This document shows positions 61,895 to 64,000 of a DNA stretch of 64,000 nucleotides, one piece after another. The DNA comes from Antedon mediterranea (taxonomy: Eukaryota; Animalia; Echinodermata). The first letter of the stretch is position 1; the number at the start of each line of letters is the position of its first letter. The position numbers were made by a program, and so were the translations under genes. The notes under the pieces are model-generated. The model saw only the letters and a program-made list of their open reading frames with translations, ran no database searches and was not told where the DNA came from. The stretch lies in NCBI RefSeq assembly GCF_964355755.1, contig NC_092679.1, forward strand, positions 17,219,432 to 17,283,431. The letters are read 5' to 3'.

Positions 61895-62290
61895 GGGTTA
61901 CTATTAGAAGTAGTGGGTTACTATTAGAGTGTGGGTTACTATTAGAAGGGGGGTTACTATTAGAGTGTGGGTTACTATTAGAGTGTGGGTTACTATTGGA
62001 GTGTGGGTTACTATTGGAGTGTGGGTTACTATTGGAGTGTGGGTTACTATTGGAGTGTGGGTTACTATTAGAGTGTGGGTTACTATTAGAGTGTGGGTTA
62101 CTATTAGAGTGTGGGTTACTATTAGAGTGTGGGTTACTATTGGAGTGTGGGTTACTATTGGAGTGTGGGTTACTATTGGAGTGTGGGTTACTATTGGAGT
62201 GTGGGTTACTATTAGAGTGTGGGTTACTATTAGAGTGTGGGTTACTATTAGAGTGTGGGTTACTATTAGAGTGTGGGTTACTATTAGAAG
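61895..62290. repeat. 18-bp tandem minisatellite GGGTTACTATTRGAGTGT, about 21 copies
   Basis: Direct reading; A/G variants occur in blocks of about four. Confidence 0.95.
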
Positions 62291-63060
62291 ATTTACGGTA
62301 GTTGTGGAAAAATGAACCATAATGGGATGATGGCGGCAATATTTGTTACTGTCCTCAATATAAAATGGATGGGAGAAAATGAATTGAAGATGGAAAAGAA
62401 TGAATAGGTATGATGGGTACTGTACAGTACAGTAAAGAGAAGATACTGTACTGTAGTGTAATAATTTTCTAGACTAGATTTAAATAAAAATTGATAATTT
62501 ATTGTATTTGGATTAATTAATTAATATTATTGGGTTCTTACAGTATACTGTACTGTAGATACACAGGAGGTATAACTGATTTTGTATTGTGAAATATGTA
62601 TTTGTGGAAATCTATTATTATCAAACGATTTATTTTTTCAACAAAACAGTTGATACTATTTTTATAGAGTACCTCAAACAGCATAATAAATTATGTGAAG
62701 AAAGTCCTACTGTAGGACTTGTTTCCTGTCAAGTGGATTTTTTTTTTCTGGGAAAAGAAAAAATTGTTGGGGGATTTCACCAATCATTTTACCAGACAGG
62801 TTTTTTTGTAATTGGCCCCGATCGTCTGTTCACCCCTACAATCCAAATAAAAAGGCACAATATCAGAATTTTATGTTACAGTATATCAAATTACAGTTTT
62901 ACCTGTCTGTTGTTGGATGTAATTTTAAGTTTTTTTTAAATTATAAATAATACGCTGCTGAAAAAAATATATAAACAAAATTATTAATATTATATTATTA
63001 AAATTATGAACAAAAATCATAAATATTAAAATTCAAAATGTTTTAGCTAGCTAGGCCAAA

Positions 63061-64000
63061 TACAGATCACTCCGGCCGCGCTTCACTCCGGCCGCGATTC
63101 ATTCCGGCCGCAGCTATGGAGCGCCCAATGAGTCTTTTACAACCGAGACAAGTTTTTTTGTAGAGAATCAAAATAAATATTTGTAATCATACAGTATATT
63201 TTTTCTCTTTCAGGATCACAACAACATCGCAAGTGTTTTAAATTAGGTCTAATGCTAAAACAAAATAATTTATGTGTTGTATCCAATTAAATGTAATAGG
63301 CTAGTATATTAATTGTAATGTGATTAATTAATGTAATTTATTGCAATGTACCCTATATGTCATATTATTGTTATCATATATAAATTAAAATATAAAATCA
63401 TTGTAAATTGGACTGTACAAAAATAATATATTAATTCTTGATACAATTCCAGGTAACATTAATTACACGGATATTTGATTATTTGAAATAAATAAATTAA
63501 TATTTTACATATTGTTATTAACTATAACAAACATCAATAATAATTGATTATTTGAAATAAATAAATTAATATTTTACATATTGTTATTAACTATAATTAG
63601 TAAGTATGGGTACTGGCAAGATAAAGTGTTATAAAAATAAGGGTTTTAACAAATTTTTAATGTTAATAAATGTAAAGCTATAAAAATAAATGTACATAGA
63701 AAGAAATTAAATAGTGTTAACTGTTATTCAAGCATTAATTAGACGGGTATTTGATTATTATTTTTTTATTGAATTTAATTAAGTTAAGTTTAGTTTGAAA
63801 GAAAAAGCAGTTCCAACTTCTTTGAATGTTATTGTTAATGAAAAAAGTAAAATTGTTGCTAATAAATATTCAACTAGTTCCATTTAAATTCACCAAGAAT
63901 TTGTTATAACACTGAACAGTATAGAAAACGTATATATGGGCGCTCCATACTAACGGCCCCTTTGCACAGGAAGTCGAATTGAATAGCGGCCGGAGTGCAT
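63061..64000. mobile_element. Non-autonomous TIR element, right end probably cut by the window edge
   Basis: CACTCCGGCCGC and TATGGAGCGCCCA at the left mirror TGGGCGCTCCATA and GCGGCCGGAGTG at the right; AT-rich non-coding interior with an internal ~65-bp duplication. Confidence 0.65.

Noticed and set aside
61734-62339. Long ORFs in several frames (SNSNPH, IVTHTL, VWVTIR repeats)
   Set aside because: By-products of an 18-bp minisatellite; no splice or homology support.

Overview
AT-rich, intron-containing animal genomic DNA, probably a marine invertebrate (weak inference). The window holds the 3' end of a TMEM26-like gene (+) and a synaptotagmin-14/16 (SYT14-like) locus on the minus strand spanning about 23.0-61.2 kb. 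It also holds two truncated single-C2 paralogs of that gene, lying head-to-head at 3.5-6.6 kb (-) and 9.2-18.0 kb (+). The main find is an 18.8 kb interval between the transmembrane-isoform exons and the shared C2 exons of the SYT14-like gene. It contains five ATG-started candidate first exons, all ending in a phase-1 GT donor that fits the same constant exon. Each would replace the transmembrane anchor with a different membrane-targeting N-terminus: a Gly2/Cys cluster, three Cys clusters with acidic dileucine-like motifs, or an 11-mer amphipathic helix. Both paralogs look like stand-alone copies of a Cys-anchored isoform. Mobile DNA is abundant: an intact PIF/Harbinger element with mutually interleaved transposase and MADF genes, two Harbinger-type MITE families, an intact BEL/Pao LTR element with identical LTRs, a decayed Sola-like element, a Kolobok-like element, Penelope-type repeats with a minimal hammerhead ribozyme, SINE/LINE fragments and minisatellites. 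All exon models were read by eye from splice signals and reading frames. There is no transcript or database support.
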